Below, piece after piece: positions 51,759-64,000 of a DNA stretch of 64,000 nt. Below the pieces are notes generated by a model, which was not told the origin of the DNA, did not search any database, and saw only the letters and a list, made by a program, of their open reading frames with translations. The position numbers and the translations under genes were made by a program. Each line of letters starts with the position of its first letter. The stretch's first letter is position 1. Source of the stretch: Cirrosporium novae-zelandiae (taxonomy: Eukaryota); assembly GCA_026023565.1 (NCBI GenBank), contig JAPETS010000006.1, forward strand, positions 248,001 to 312,000, given 5' to 3'.

Positions 51759-52050
51759 TGATTGCTACCAGGATACCCCACGAAAATAAAGGGAGTCAAG
51801 CCACAACGATACTCGAGAGGACTTTACTCGTTAATTCTAGAATTCTTGCTTCAGACCCACTTTTTGACAGGGACCTTAGTCGTATGTATTTTAACCACAT
51901 ATTTCCTGTTTTGTTGCTTTTCTTTCATATTCCATTGAAAAATACGGTTATATCCCACGAAATCTAACGGAATGAAGTCTAGCGTAAGCAAGCCACCCAA
52001 CCCTTATCTAAAACAAGAATTCTAGGATTAATTAATGAAAAATAAGAGGC

Positions 52051-52138
52051 CGAGGGTGGTTCGCATGTTTGAGTGTGTATTCACGATAATTATTGGAGAA
52101 TTAAGCGAGTGCACATTCAAACATGCAACTCACCCTCG
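52051..52138 (+). repeat. Imperfect ~32-bp inverted repeat (hairpin)
   Basis: CGAGGGTGGTTCGCATGTTTGAGTGTGTATTC pairs with GAGTGCACATTCAAACATGCAACTCACCCTCG. Confidence 0.85.
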
Positions 52139-54642
52139 AGCACTCACGAATTGATTCTCGCTATTTTCCTCATTGAATAATGTAATTGATCCATAAGAAT
52201 TTAACCGCAACACAATCATAAATAATTATAATTAACGACCGTAAATTAATAAACAATTATTAAACTAATATATACCGTTGTTATAATAAATGTCTGGGGA
52301 ATTAAATTTGTGAGTCCGTGTGGTGTAGGTGAAATATTCTTAAGTACGTTACTATACATTATAAAAGAAAGCCGTGGAAAAAGCCGTGCCAAGTGTTAAT
52401 ACAACATTGAGCCTTTTACTAAGAAATTAATTATAGTCTACACAATATTTACATGAACTAATATAGCAAATGAGGAAATGCCCGTTTAAGGCTTAGTGCC
52501 AATAAACAAATGCCTTGTGAGCAACGCAACGATCTGTCCTTCAGCTACCAGACAATTGTCAATAAAGAGTTGAGATTAAACTAACTCTCAGACCCACTTG
52601 CCGCGACTATGTACTGACCTAGTACTCCTCGATGATTAGTACCATTGTAGATAAAGCTTAGCAGGGCCATCAATTAACTCACAAACGAAGTTCACACACA
52701 CAAATCACAGCATGGAATTTTAAACATGATTCTATCTTGTAATTTTAATTACATATCGTGATTCGAATTTCGGTATCAATGCTATACTTGTTGATATTAC
52801 TTGATTATGAGTTTTTGTTTTATCCCCTGCTCTAAGCGCTGAATCCCACACTAACCCGCGATGACCGCCTTAGTTAAGAAGCTACTAAAATCCTTTCATG
52901 CGTCTCAAATCCATGAGAAAGCCCTTGGTCTAAGTTCATGGTAAGCCCGACACCTCACTCAAATCAACTAGGTTACCAAGTTCCCTTTCTAGTGAGCTGG
53001 AGTAGCCGCTGCTGACCTGGCATAGCTTCTCTAGCACTTTTTATGATAGTGTCAACCTCGCCTCTCTGTCCCGCCGGGGGGGTTCGTGTATATCTTTATG
53101 TTGGGACTAGTGCACATCGGCCGACAAAATATTTGCTGCAGAGTGGCGTCGATGAGATGTAAGATTCTATGCGCCAGCGCTAGCATGACTGTAGTTACCA
53201 TGGAATTAACGATTGGCAAATGCAATAATTATGTCGAAATCCTTATATCAAAGTGGTGTCCCGAAACTATAGGAGGAATACGGATCTTAGTTTCCAAAGC
53301 TAATATCGAATTCTATAAAACCGGAGATGAACTCGGCTTACGCATCGTGAGAATTTATCGTTAGGCAGGACCGGCTCTCTTTGACAGTGAATCAGTTCTG
53401 GTTGATCTGTCAAAAAAAGTTCTGTTGTCGATCGTGTTAGAATCGTTACACTACTTGAAGGTATTTTTTAGTACCCAGGCAAGCGGTCGACAGAAAAAGG
53501 CAGACTCATAAATTTGATTCCCCAGATATCTATAACTTCACAATTTTTCAGAATAATTATAACAACGATATATGGTACTTTAATAGTAGCTTATCAATCT
53601 ACCATCATTAATTATAATTATTTATTATTGTGCTGTGGTTAAATTCCTTTATGTATCAATTGTATTTATTCTATGAGGAAACTACCTTAGGTAGTAGTAA
53701 AGAACAATTTGTGAGTCCGCCTTTTTTCTGTCGGCCGCTTGCTAGGCTAACTTTGGTCGGGGCCCTTTGCAGTTTTGTGAAAGAAAAAATTTCTCCCGAG
53801 ATTCTGTGCATCACTGTCGCCGTCAACCTAGTGATTGATCACTGGACTTGTTAGATCTATAACACATGTTAGAAATCATAATTATCATCATAAAGGCCAA
53901 TGATATATTGAGCCCTAGCTTTATTCTTGCGCCAACTAAGTATTGAGGTAGAATATCATGTCTGGGATTTCGATTCATCAATTACACAGTATAGGCATGA
54001 CTAACGACTAGTATTATCAATAAGACGGAGCTGCTAAAACTAAGGGGCCTTGTCATGTGCTTGCCAAGAAACAGCTATACTGTGTACACAATAAGGTCAA
54101 GTCGGCTATTTTACTTAGAGCACGAGTCTTGAGGCTCTAGGCGCCCCTCCCATAGGGAGCAGAAGCCGATGATAGCGTTTAGACTGCAATCCCAGAAGAC
54201 CAACAAAGACATAGTATTAAAGACATTTACAATAGCAATTGAAGATAGAAGACCTCAAGTTTCAGCAACTCTTATTACGTCAAATTATAAAACACCAAAA
54301 AATTCATGTCGTCAAAGGAATGCTATATACGCCAACTACTACTGTTAAAACTAGTGGAGGCCCATTGTTTGTTTACAGGGCGGCAAAGCTAGTTAAGTTG
54401 TTAATACAAGCGCCAATTCACCTACGCTCGGTTCCCAGACGTGCCAGAGAATCTCACCTCGTCACTCCTTCCCCAACTTAACTTAACGGCTGTCATTACC
54501 ATCGACAGCCCCTTGTTAAAGCATCTCCTTAACAACTACAGCACTCCCTTCATTTAAACCTTGATCAGCGCCTTTTAGTTGGCCTATGTTCCAAATAGTT
54601 TCTTCGAGCTTAACTTAGGCGTTCCGTCGGGTGACCACAACT

Positions 54643-56503
54643 ATGGAGGATTTCGACAGCACTTCAGATTCATCGTCTGAGCTAAGCTCTCTGCCAGCTT
54701 CTCCTCCTACTCCTCTGGGGTTCTATCCAACTCCTGAACCTTCTCAGGACCTTTCTGATATATCCTTATTGTCCAATGGGTCAAAAGACGAAGCTGAGGA
54801 GAACTCGCGGCCACGCAAGCGAAGAAGGGTGATCGAACCAAAACCTCGCATAACCCAGTATTTAGATATTCAAAACCCCCAGCAAACCCAACTTGAAGAT
54901 CAGAAGATACAACTGGATATACTATTGAAAGTCCTTCGAAAACGTCGCAAGATTGTAGTAGTTGCTGGTGCGGGTATTTCCGTTTCGGCTGGAAGTAAGT
55001 GATGAACGTTGGATTTCAACGCTGGAGGGTCTGTTAACTAACAATTATTCAGTTCCCGATTTTCGCTCGTCTACAGGCTTATTCAAAACACTTCGCAATG
55101 ATTATAAGCTTAAGGCCTCAGGGAAACAATTATTCGATGCATCTGTATACAAAGACGAAACCTCAACTTCGTCGTTTCACGACATGGTTCGATCCCTGTC
55201 TAACCTTGCCGAGAATGCTCAACCCACCGCTTTTCACCACCTTCTAGCTCGCTTGGCAAAAGAAGGACGCTTGATGCGTCTTTATACCCAAAATGTCGAC
55301 GGTATTGATACTTCCCTACCACCTTTAGCGACGGAAGTTCCTCTGCAGCCGCGAGGTCCTTGGCCTCGCACCGTACAACTTCATGGAGGTTTAAATACCA
55401 TGGTTTGCCAGAAATGCAGCCATACTTCTAAGTTTGAGCCAGCTCTATTTGAAGGCCCGTATCCACCACTATGTGAAGAGTGTACTCGAGTTGATGCTCT
55501 TCGAACGGGAGTTGCTGGAAAGAGGAGCCATGGAGTTGGTAAACTTCGACCAAGAATTGTCTTGTACAATGAATATAATCCAGATGAAGAAGCAATTGGG
55601 TCTGTGGTTACTTCTGATCTTAGAACTAGACCAGATGCTATTATAGTCGTTGGTACAACATTAAAAATACCTGGGGTTAAACGAATCGTTAAAGAAATGT
55701 GCGGAGCGGTAAGATCGCGGCGTGATGGCGTTGCCATTTGGATTAACCATGACTCTGCTCCATCTGGAAGAGAATTTGACGGTTGTTGGGATTTGATTGT
55801 AAAAGGAGATTGTGATGAAGTTGCTCGACAGGCAGCTCTACCGCGATGGGACGATAGCGACCCGAATGACTTTAAGGAATGTACTGAATCCGATGTTGAA
55901 AGGGCGAAGAGTCGAGGGTCTGTCAAGATTATTATCAAAAATTCTTTAAAAAAGCTGAACGATGACCGCCCAGGCGTTATGACACCTTCACCAAGTTCCA
56001 GGAGCTCAAGTCCGGGTCGACAGGTCGTAATTGTCAAGAAACCTGCTGGGAGTGTGAGGTCTAAATCACAGAAAAACAGTGGCAAAAGAACCAATCCAGC
56101 AAGTAAGGGTCCTTCTATCAAAGATGCTCTCAAGAAAACATCAAAAGGCTCCAAACCAGCTGTCCAGTCAAACCAAACAAAATCTAAGACGACAAACAAT
56201 ACCCAGAAGATCACTACTGCTTTCCGAGTTACAAAGCCTACAAAATCGGTGACAGAAAATTCGAAGGTTATTTCAGTCATGGTGCCAACATCTCAGCATA
56301 TGCATCCATTACAAACACAAGTTCACAGCAATGGACCTTTAACTCCTCCTCCCTTGTTTCCTAACCTTGTTGAATTTAACCGTGACCACAAAGCCACACC
56401 CCCCGAGGAGGGATATCTACCGCCAGCAACTCGATGGAATGAAGGTCCTATAATATTCCCCACTACCAGGGTTCCACCAGATATCGAGAGTATCTTGAAT
56501 TGA
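54643..56503 (+). CDS. HST4: NAD-dependent deacetylase, Hst3/Hst4 class sirtuin
   Basis: GAGISVSAG|IPDFRS, LYTQNVDG, QLHGG, CxxC..CxxC zinc site, LRPRIVLYNE and VGTTLKIPG. One intron. Confidence 0.92.
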
Positions 56504-59500
56504 GACAGGATAGAGGAGTGGTATGATAGGATGTATGATATTAATCATGCAGAACTGTGGATCGGCATTGTGATACCCATTTGTCTAGGCGCACAGGCGC
56601 AGCAAATTATCTTGATACGTTATGTACTATGCCATGGGCAATGTATTGGTGCCTCGGTGCATTGTAACTCCGGAGTTGGGATTTGGGGGCTTATCTCTCG
56701 TATGAGAGGATCGATGAAAATTTATGTGACTCTTCACTTAATGAATTTGTTCTAGGGTGAATTATTTTCTGCATGCAAAATTTGACTACTAGTGGGGGGT
56801 ATTTTGAATAGTTATGAATTGTTTTGCGGATGACTATTGGGACTATAGTATTTGGACTTGACTGACAAAGTGACAGAAGACGTAGTGGGAAAACTGTTTG
56901 GCGATGCCATTGTCCGTATGGTATCAAATCATTGCTTGCATATCAGCTGTCAAAATAAGGTCGGTCCCGCTTTGCATTGCATGTACCACGACTTGTCCAT
57001 GTTTTGGCTTAGAACTGGCTAGACCTCTCGGAAGAGCTTGGGTCTTATGGCTGTGGCAGGACTCATATGGTTACGAATGTGATTGATTAGTGTGGAAGAT
57101 CGAAAAAACCCCGAAACTAAGCGCTGGTGCATGTTGATCCAGTTTTTTTTTGTTCTTGTTTTTGATGCAAAACATGTGGGAAGCGGACGCCTGCTTTGGA
57201 GCCGCAACGCTGAAGCTTAGTTTGGTGTGCCGACGGGGTGTTGTTCTGAACAACGTGGCTGAATTGGTCAGACGGCCAATTAGGAAGTCTTGGCATTGGA
57301 GGCAGATGACTCTTTGCCACACAACAGAAGCACGCCGCAACCATCATTACTTTAGGTCATGGCTCTATCATCCCAGTCACCCACACAACCCGAGCCTAAA
57401 CTATGGGTGCATGTACTACGTATATCCGTACTGCCCTCGGAACTTTGAATGATCCCCAACATACCTAACTTCTAAGTTTTGTGGTCCATGCTCCATGCTC
57501 CTCTCCATGGGACTTATGATATTTCATTTGTCCTGGTTGGCATAGAGGAGGTTTCTTTGGATTTTTCAGCTCAGGTTGTAAGATGTCGCCAAACTCTCTT
57601 CGGCAGAGTCAGGTTGTGCGGCAGTTCATCAATGCATATTATGGCATAATATGTGCATTTACGCCAGCCAAACCATTACCAGAGTGAGACAGTAGTCAAC
57701 TTGTTCCATTTCGAAATGATCTGGATCGAAAGTGGAAAAAGGAAAACGGAAAACGGAAAACGGAAAATGAAAAATTGAAAATGGTTTCTAAGCAAATTAC
57801 ATGAACATCGCTTGGATGACCGAGGTTTAAACCCATGCGGGACCAATCACATGCGCAATTGACTTGTCCGGAGTTTCCTCTTTCCTCCACTGACTTTTTA
57901 GAAGACCCTTTGACAAAGTTCTCGTCTTGTTTTCTTGAAGGACTTGATAGCACCGGGAAGCTGTGCTGCAGTGTTAGGAGCGACAACAGATAAAAAAAGA
58001 AGAAGCAGGTTGGACAAGGGCCGTTTCGAATTGGTCCCGTCCTTCGGAAGCTAGATGTTGAGAGACCAAAAGAAGCATCTGTGTAAACGGTAAACCGTAG
58101 AACTGGTAGCTGGTGCATTGCACCGTGTAGCGATATGGGGAGGGACATGACAAAAGGGGAGAGAGATAGTACAGGGTACATAAAGTCGATGTAGCGAGTA
58201 TGTTGCTGAGACAGATGACCTTCCCGTTCCTACCCTTGGATTCCATCGCCCCCGCTCTTAGACACGAATAAGGTCTTCTTCTTGTCTTCTCTCATCTTGC
58301 AGACTGCAGCCACCGAAGGATTCCACTGGACATGCATGCATGGTATGTATCATGGTAGACCTCGGACCACCACAACAACCCCTCAAGCCTTCGTTCTCTG
58401 GCACTTCTAGCACTTGGAGCAACGGCATCGCTTATTCACTGCTGGTTTTTAACTTTAGAGCCTATTGGAGTAGCCAAGATAGATGCTCCTCAATCCAGAC
58501 ATGGCTTATCCCAAAATGAAGATGTCTCCGGATTATGGAAGCCTGTTTCATTCTGCATCCATCTTGACTTGCCGCTTTGCACACACCAAACCATGGCGTC
58601 GCGAGGGTTTACAGTGGATAATTGGCCAGCCTTGTGTAGACTTTGATATAGGCAGTGTAGTAGATGATACTCTGTTTTTTTGTTTTGTCTTTGGCGCTGT
58701 TATCCTTGTCACTGGCTATTTTCTGCGTCCTATGTCCGACGCGTTTCGTTGTTTTGGCAAGCCTCGCGTAGTTCTATGACTCAGTTTTCTCAACTCAGCA
58801 TGGCCGGGTGATGGGGTTTCTCTCCACTCTGATGAATTTTTACAGGTCATCTGCTGCTGCTGGTTGCATTTGTCTACGCGGTGCCCTATAATTCCCGATG
58901 CGCCAGAGCAAGGTTTGTCAAACAAGTTTGAAGAGATGACTGATTCAGATGGTTATTATTGGAAAGGGCTTGACTTGATGTAGCAAATGGCAATTGAACA
59001 GTCATGGTTATGGCTGGTTATGGGCTGGTCATGGCTAGTCAATGGCAACCATTGCAACTTTATCCATCCTCGGCCCGCGACGATCCGCAGAAGATCGTCG
59101 TATCCGTAGTGAGGGAGTAGTGAGAAAGTCTTCTGTAATTTCTGAATGGATAATCATGGCAATCATGGGCAATCTTGGTGAGTTCTTCGTGTGGGGATTT
59201 TGACTAAGGTATGATGATGTACCGTATATATTATCATAATATTGCATGTGCATTTTCGCATTTTCACATAGACTATCTTTGCTCACGACATTTTTTTCTT
59301 TTATTTTTTGTGCTGTGGTGATGGTCGGTAACCTAAGGTTGAACAAGACTGACCTACAGATTGACCGCCGTTCTACTTTACATACAGTATAGTACATGGA
59401 GTTTAACAAGCCTGAAGAATGCGACTAGGATATTCCCCAGACTTGGGAAAACAAGATGATTCTGGGCTCAGATTTAAAATGTGGAGGGAAACCAAGTGGA

Positions 59501-60418
59501 TGGGGTTGTTCTTGGTTGAATAGTGAATAGAATAGAAACTAGGACAATGCCAAAAGGTAAATGAGTTGATGTAGATGGGTTGCAGCCGAAAAGAGATGGA
59601 GGAGGGAGGGGCGTCTAGCTGAGACTAGGGGGGGGGAGACTAAGGAGAACCAAGAGGACCAAGAGGACCAAGAGGACCAATTCGAGCCAAGAAGGACCAA
59701 AAGGACGAGACTCTGGGACAAATCGTAGTAATTCCATGTTCGGGTAGATAAGCTTCGGTTTTTTGCTGCACAATGTTTTTTTAAGCTGCTGCATCAGCCT
59801 GCATTCTGCCTGTCAATATCTCCATCATGCCAGATCTTCGGGGCACGTTGTGGTCCCTGCCCATTGTGGATGCTGAAACCCAAAACTCCAAGATAAAACG
59901 AGAAAAGTAGGCTACTCGAGTATAGATAGATATCAAGGTTAATCTAAGTTAGACATCTGATTCAACCCTTTGAATCCCTTGCTCCTTCCTTGTACTTGAT
60001 CCTACTAAGTACAACAGGAATGACAGAGGGCGGCAACAAGGTATAAGGTATATGGCATATATACTCTAGAGTCTCAAGGTTACTAAACTTGCGAAACCCG
60101 CTTCTTCCAAGCCTTTGATTCGGCTGATTCGGGGTATGGCATAGGTTGGCTTGGAGTCAGGTTCTACTTTGGGAAGCCTTATCCACATTTAATAAATTTT
60201 AATGGATTTCATTACTGATCCATCAGCCTGATGGCTTGATGTTACTGCTGTTTACTGATGTTACTTTCCCACTCTCTTTCCTTCTCCATTCTTATTCCTT
60301 CGTCACTCTTCTCGGACAAATCCCTCCGCTTCTAATTAATTATTCGTATTGTGTACCGAGTCTCGAGACAAGACAAAAAATTCTGAGACTTTATCGCGTG
60401 GGGACAAAAGATAGATTG

Positions 60419-60434
60419 ATTATTACTATTATTA

Positions 60435-60471
<37 letters not shown>

Positions 60472-60472
60472 T
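60419..60472. repeat. (ATT/ATC)n trinucleotide microsatellite
   Basis: About 18 ATY units. Confidence 0.9.
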
Positions 60473-61253
60473 ATGCTTTGCCGTATTGCTTTACTTTGTG
60501 TACGCCAACACACAACAATCGCCATAGCCACTAATTAAATGCATTTGTTTAATCTGATATCATCCGAACGAGTCAAAGTCAATCAACTTTTCAACGGTCC
60601 CTTTTTCTTATGCATTGGGTCATTATTCATAGGCGGGACATAGAGTGTACCACTGCAACTCCGAATCCCAGGTTTGAAGGGCCTAGAGAAGGTAACAGGG
60701 TTAAAGCGGATCAAAGGATGACTCGGGTTCAGTTGACCGAGTTTGGGATACTAGGTCTACCCGGTGGTCACAAAAAAGGTCAGTTAGGAACTTAAGGATG
60801 TACGAGTTGGGTTACTTGATATCGCACTTTTCATGATTGTCCCACCGCACTCATATATTTTTTTGGGTTTGGTTTTGGTTTGGTGTGGAATAGGACATGG
60901 AACCTGAGGTCAGTAGGAAGTATGTCAAGGGTATTTGAAGAACAAGGACTTTTCGGTACTTAGTTATTAGTTACTCATTCAAGGGTCAAGGAAAGAAAGG
61001 ACTAAAAAACTAAAAGACAACAAGACAACAAGAAGATGAGGGATGGTTTTGAAGGACTAAAGAAGCACTAAAGACCTAAGGGTAGGCCTAAATGCCTTAG
61101 GTCACCGTCTAAAAAGACCCATGTTTATGCTTCCAAAGCCTCTGATAAGCCAGTTTTGGAGCCAACCGAGATACTGAAGTAAGCCCGCAGGCTAGCTACT
61201 TAGCAGAACCAACATGGGATTGGCATTGGTCTTTAACTCTTTTAGATCAGTTT

Positions 61254-61287
61254 AGAAGGCAGAAGGCAGAAGGCAGAAGGCAGAAGC
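61254..61287. repeat. (AGAAGGC)n heptamer tandem repeat
   Basis: About 5 copies. Confidence 0.85.
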
Positions 61288-62470
61288 CTCTAAGGCTCAA
61301 AGGCTCAAGACTCCTCTCTCCAAGGCCTCAAGGGCTCCAGAGACGCTCACAATAGGTCCCATAGTTAGGTCAAGAGGCCCATAGGTCAATCGCACCATAG
61401 TTACCCACTGCTTCTTTTCCCATTGCCCATTTGCTCATTGCTTCCCAACTGTCTCTTTTACTGTATGTTTGCAGGGTCAACATTACACCCCGCGAACCAT
61501 TGGGGCAAAAATTCGAGTCGTCTACATCAATATCGCCTAAGTGGCCATCATCATCATCAGCCATCATTAAGCAAAATAGTAACATCATCATCACCATCAC
61601 CATCACCATCATCATCATCCTCATTCTCATCCTCTTCTTTCTCCTCCACTATCCAATAATTCCTGCAGAACCTCCAAATTTCGCAACCCCCCTCCTCCCC
61701 CTTAACTCTCTATCTTGTGCGTCTCGATCCTCGTCGTCCATCGCCCGCCGCTCGGTCCAACTGTTGCACATCTTACTGCATTCTGCATTGTCGCGACTGC
61801 CGTGGGGATCTACCAATCCGATTCGCTTTACAGAGTCCAGTACGTACGAACAGTAACTATCTAACTAACTAAATTGTTAATCCTCTGACCTCTGACCTCT
61901 GATCAGCTAATACAAAACAAGAGAAAAACAAAAAAAAGAGAAGAAGAAATAGTAGCCTTGACAATCTTCTGTTGGTTGTATTGTACTGTCTAATCTATCC
62001 GACTTTCCATTCAATCCATCCATTCTACTTCCTACTATCGACCGTTAAGCGTCAAATCCTCAAACGCTCAAAGGTTCAAACTTCAAGTTTACAATCGTCT
62101 CAACTCAAGGTGCTCAACCCAAGAGAGTGAAGGTCTAACGTTTGTGTGTGTCTGTGTGTCTTGTCTGTATCTGTGTGCGCTTGTGACTTGTGTGCTCGGA
62201 TGCATATCGCTACTCGCTACTCGTTGGTCTCTACTCCCGTCCGTAATCCAAGCAAGTAATCCGCTCCCGCCGCTCGGTTCAGGCTGCACCTACGCACCTA
62301 AACTACATGCACTTTGCAACTTTCGTCGCGCCGAACCTCCGCGTCTTGACCCAGTCTGTACACGCCCAACGCCTTGACCAGACTTTCTACCATCATTCTT
62401 ATCGACTACCTTCTGTCGATTTCAACTCTGCTGGCGCCACAGACCTCGTCGTCGATCGTATTCGTCGTCG

Positions 62471-64000
62471 ATGGCCATGTATACCGCCCAGCATCATCCG
62501 CAAATGACATCCTCGGTCAATGGGATGGGATCCGACATCATCGATGGATCCGGCACTATTAATCCCGCCGCACTCAACTCATCAGGTAGTACCATCCCAT
62601 TGCTGTCCTCTGTGAACCCTTTGCGATCGTCTTTTAGGCTATCTAAGCCTTGACTGCCTTAGCAGTTTTTGTCCCGTCCTAACTAAAGTCCTATCGCATC
62701 GCGCTTTAGATAGAGTTAATGCTGACAGACATTCCTACCTTTTTAGCTGTCCTCTCAACTTCGTCCGACGCTGTGCCGAATCCGAGTCCACGAGGATTAA
62801 AACGAAGTCGATCACCGGATGGATATGGGGAATTTCCAACTGGTATAGAACCCGAGGAGGATGGTGGTAAGCAAACCTACCTGACTCCGTTTGCATCCGC
62901 AGCATTCCAAGTTTGCATTTATGAATTTGTTCTAGGATGAAACTAACCATAATTGTTTGCTCTAGATGATCAAAAGCGCAGGAAGCGCGGTAGGCCACCA
63001 AAAGCGAGACCTTCCGCTGCTTTATCCGAGAGTGCAACATCCATAAACCAGCATTCACACCAAATACAAAACCAGCTACAAACGCCGCAATTACACAATC
63101 AGAACCTTCCCCATTCTACTGCCACCCCTACCAAAGCTTCTCCGCCTAAACCTACTCCATCCAAGAGTGTTGTGAAAGCGCTTCCTACGGTCAGAGACCA
63201 CACGACGGACCAACTCGGACCAGAAGGCGATGAATATATCCCGAGAGAATACGATGAGGCGGGAGAAAAAAAGGTCTCGCTAAATGGAGAACCTTTAGGT
63301 GGACGCGTCTTTAGATGTCGCATCTTCCTAGTGCCAAACCGAGGCGACAAGCGATTCATGCTTGCTACAGAATGCGCGCGTGTTCTTGGTTACCGTGATT
63401 CTTATCTGCTTTTCAACAAGAATAGATCACTGTTTAAAATTATTGCGTCGCAGGCAGAAAAGGATGATTTGATTCATCAAGATATTCTACCATATTCGTA
63501 CAGATCACGGCAAATAGCCATTGTCACCGCGAAATCCATGTTTCGTCAATTCGGGGCCAGATTGGTTGAAAATGGCCGACGAGTCCGTGATGATTACTGG
63601 GAAGCAAAAGCTAGGAAACAAGGGTTTACCGAAGAGGATCCAGCTGGCGAAAAACGACCTGGTGCTGCAAAGGCAAGAGAGACAGCTGCCGCTGAAGCGG
63701 CAAATGCTAAGATAGCTGCTTTGAACCAAGGGCGACTTTTCATCGAACCAACGCTTGGAAGTTTGGATGCACAGCAACTCCAGGGTGATGCCAACTTTGC
63801 ACCTCCTTTGCCAATGATCCACCCTCCTCCTACGGATGATCTGAGAATGCGAGATTTCGCAGCTGTTCCACGTTCAAAGTACGAATATACTGGAATTCCA
63901 TATCAAGATCGTTCACAACCTAGCACGGCCACCGAGATTCAAAATCAAGCGCAGCATGCTGCAGATTTCAATAAAAGCCTAAACCAAGATCGATCACATC
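62471..64000 (+). CDS. NPL6: RSC/SWI-SNF subunit Rsc7/Npl6 (runs off the window end)
   Basis: GTINPAALN, AT-hook KRGRPPK, and the CRC domain GEKKV..FMLATECARVLGYRDSYLLFNKN..SMFRQFG..GRRVRDDYWE. Two introns seen. Confidence 0.92.

Noticed and set aside
52405..52430. GCCTTTTAC, identical to U5 snRNA loop 1
   Set aside because: The flanks do not form stem I and no properly placed Sm site follows.
55381..56280. 299-aa antisense ORF within HST4 (and similar shadow ORFs in NOP4, ATP10, VRP1 and CHORD)
   Set aside because: Explained by the codon bias of the sense-strand gene.
1..64000. Secondary-metabolite cluster, tRNA/rRNA genes, CRISPR array or intact transposon
   Set aside because: No PKS/NRPS/terpene backbone, no tRNA cloverleaf with GTTCRA, no spacer-repeat array, and no transposase or RT ORF was seen.

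Overview
Gene-dense chromosomal segment of a filamentous ascomycete (Pezizomycotina), with short GT-AG introns carrying CTRAC-type branch sites and no prokaryotic features. About 27 intact protein-coding genes and one pseudogene-like locus are supported. Most are housekeeping genes: beta-tubulin, NOP4, eIF3h, RPL35, GOS1, ATP10, MED16, an HST3/4 sirtuin, RSC7/NPL6, LSM8, VRP1, CHORD-CS, a SAM carrier, agmatinase and a cytochrome-b5-like protein. There are also two secreted CAZymes (a CE16 esterase and an AA16 LPMO). The most interesting observation is an uncharacterised intronless protein (23153-24538, minus strand) that joins an F-box-like N-terminus and a multi-CxxC region to what looks like an eIF4G-type eIF4E-binding domain (YNIEFLL), making it a candidate cap-binding antagonist or SCF adaptor. 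Other notable signals: a densely structured unexplained RNA-like element downstream of LSM8, a G-U-rich hairpin of about 90 nt upstream of MED16, structured long introns in agmatinase, a NAGNAG acceptor in the SAM carrier where the CAG choice creates a stop, a natural M257L beta-tubulin, and a multi-stop pseudogene. All family calls come from recognising motifs by eye, not from database searches. Exon boundaries were inferred manually.
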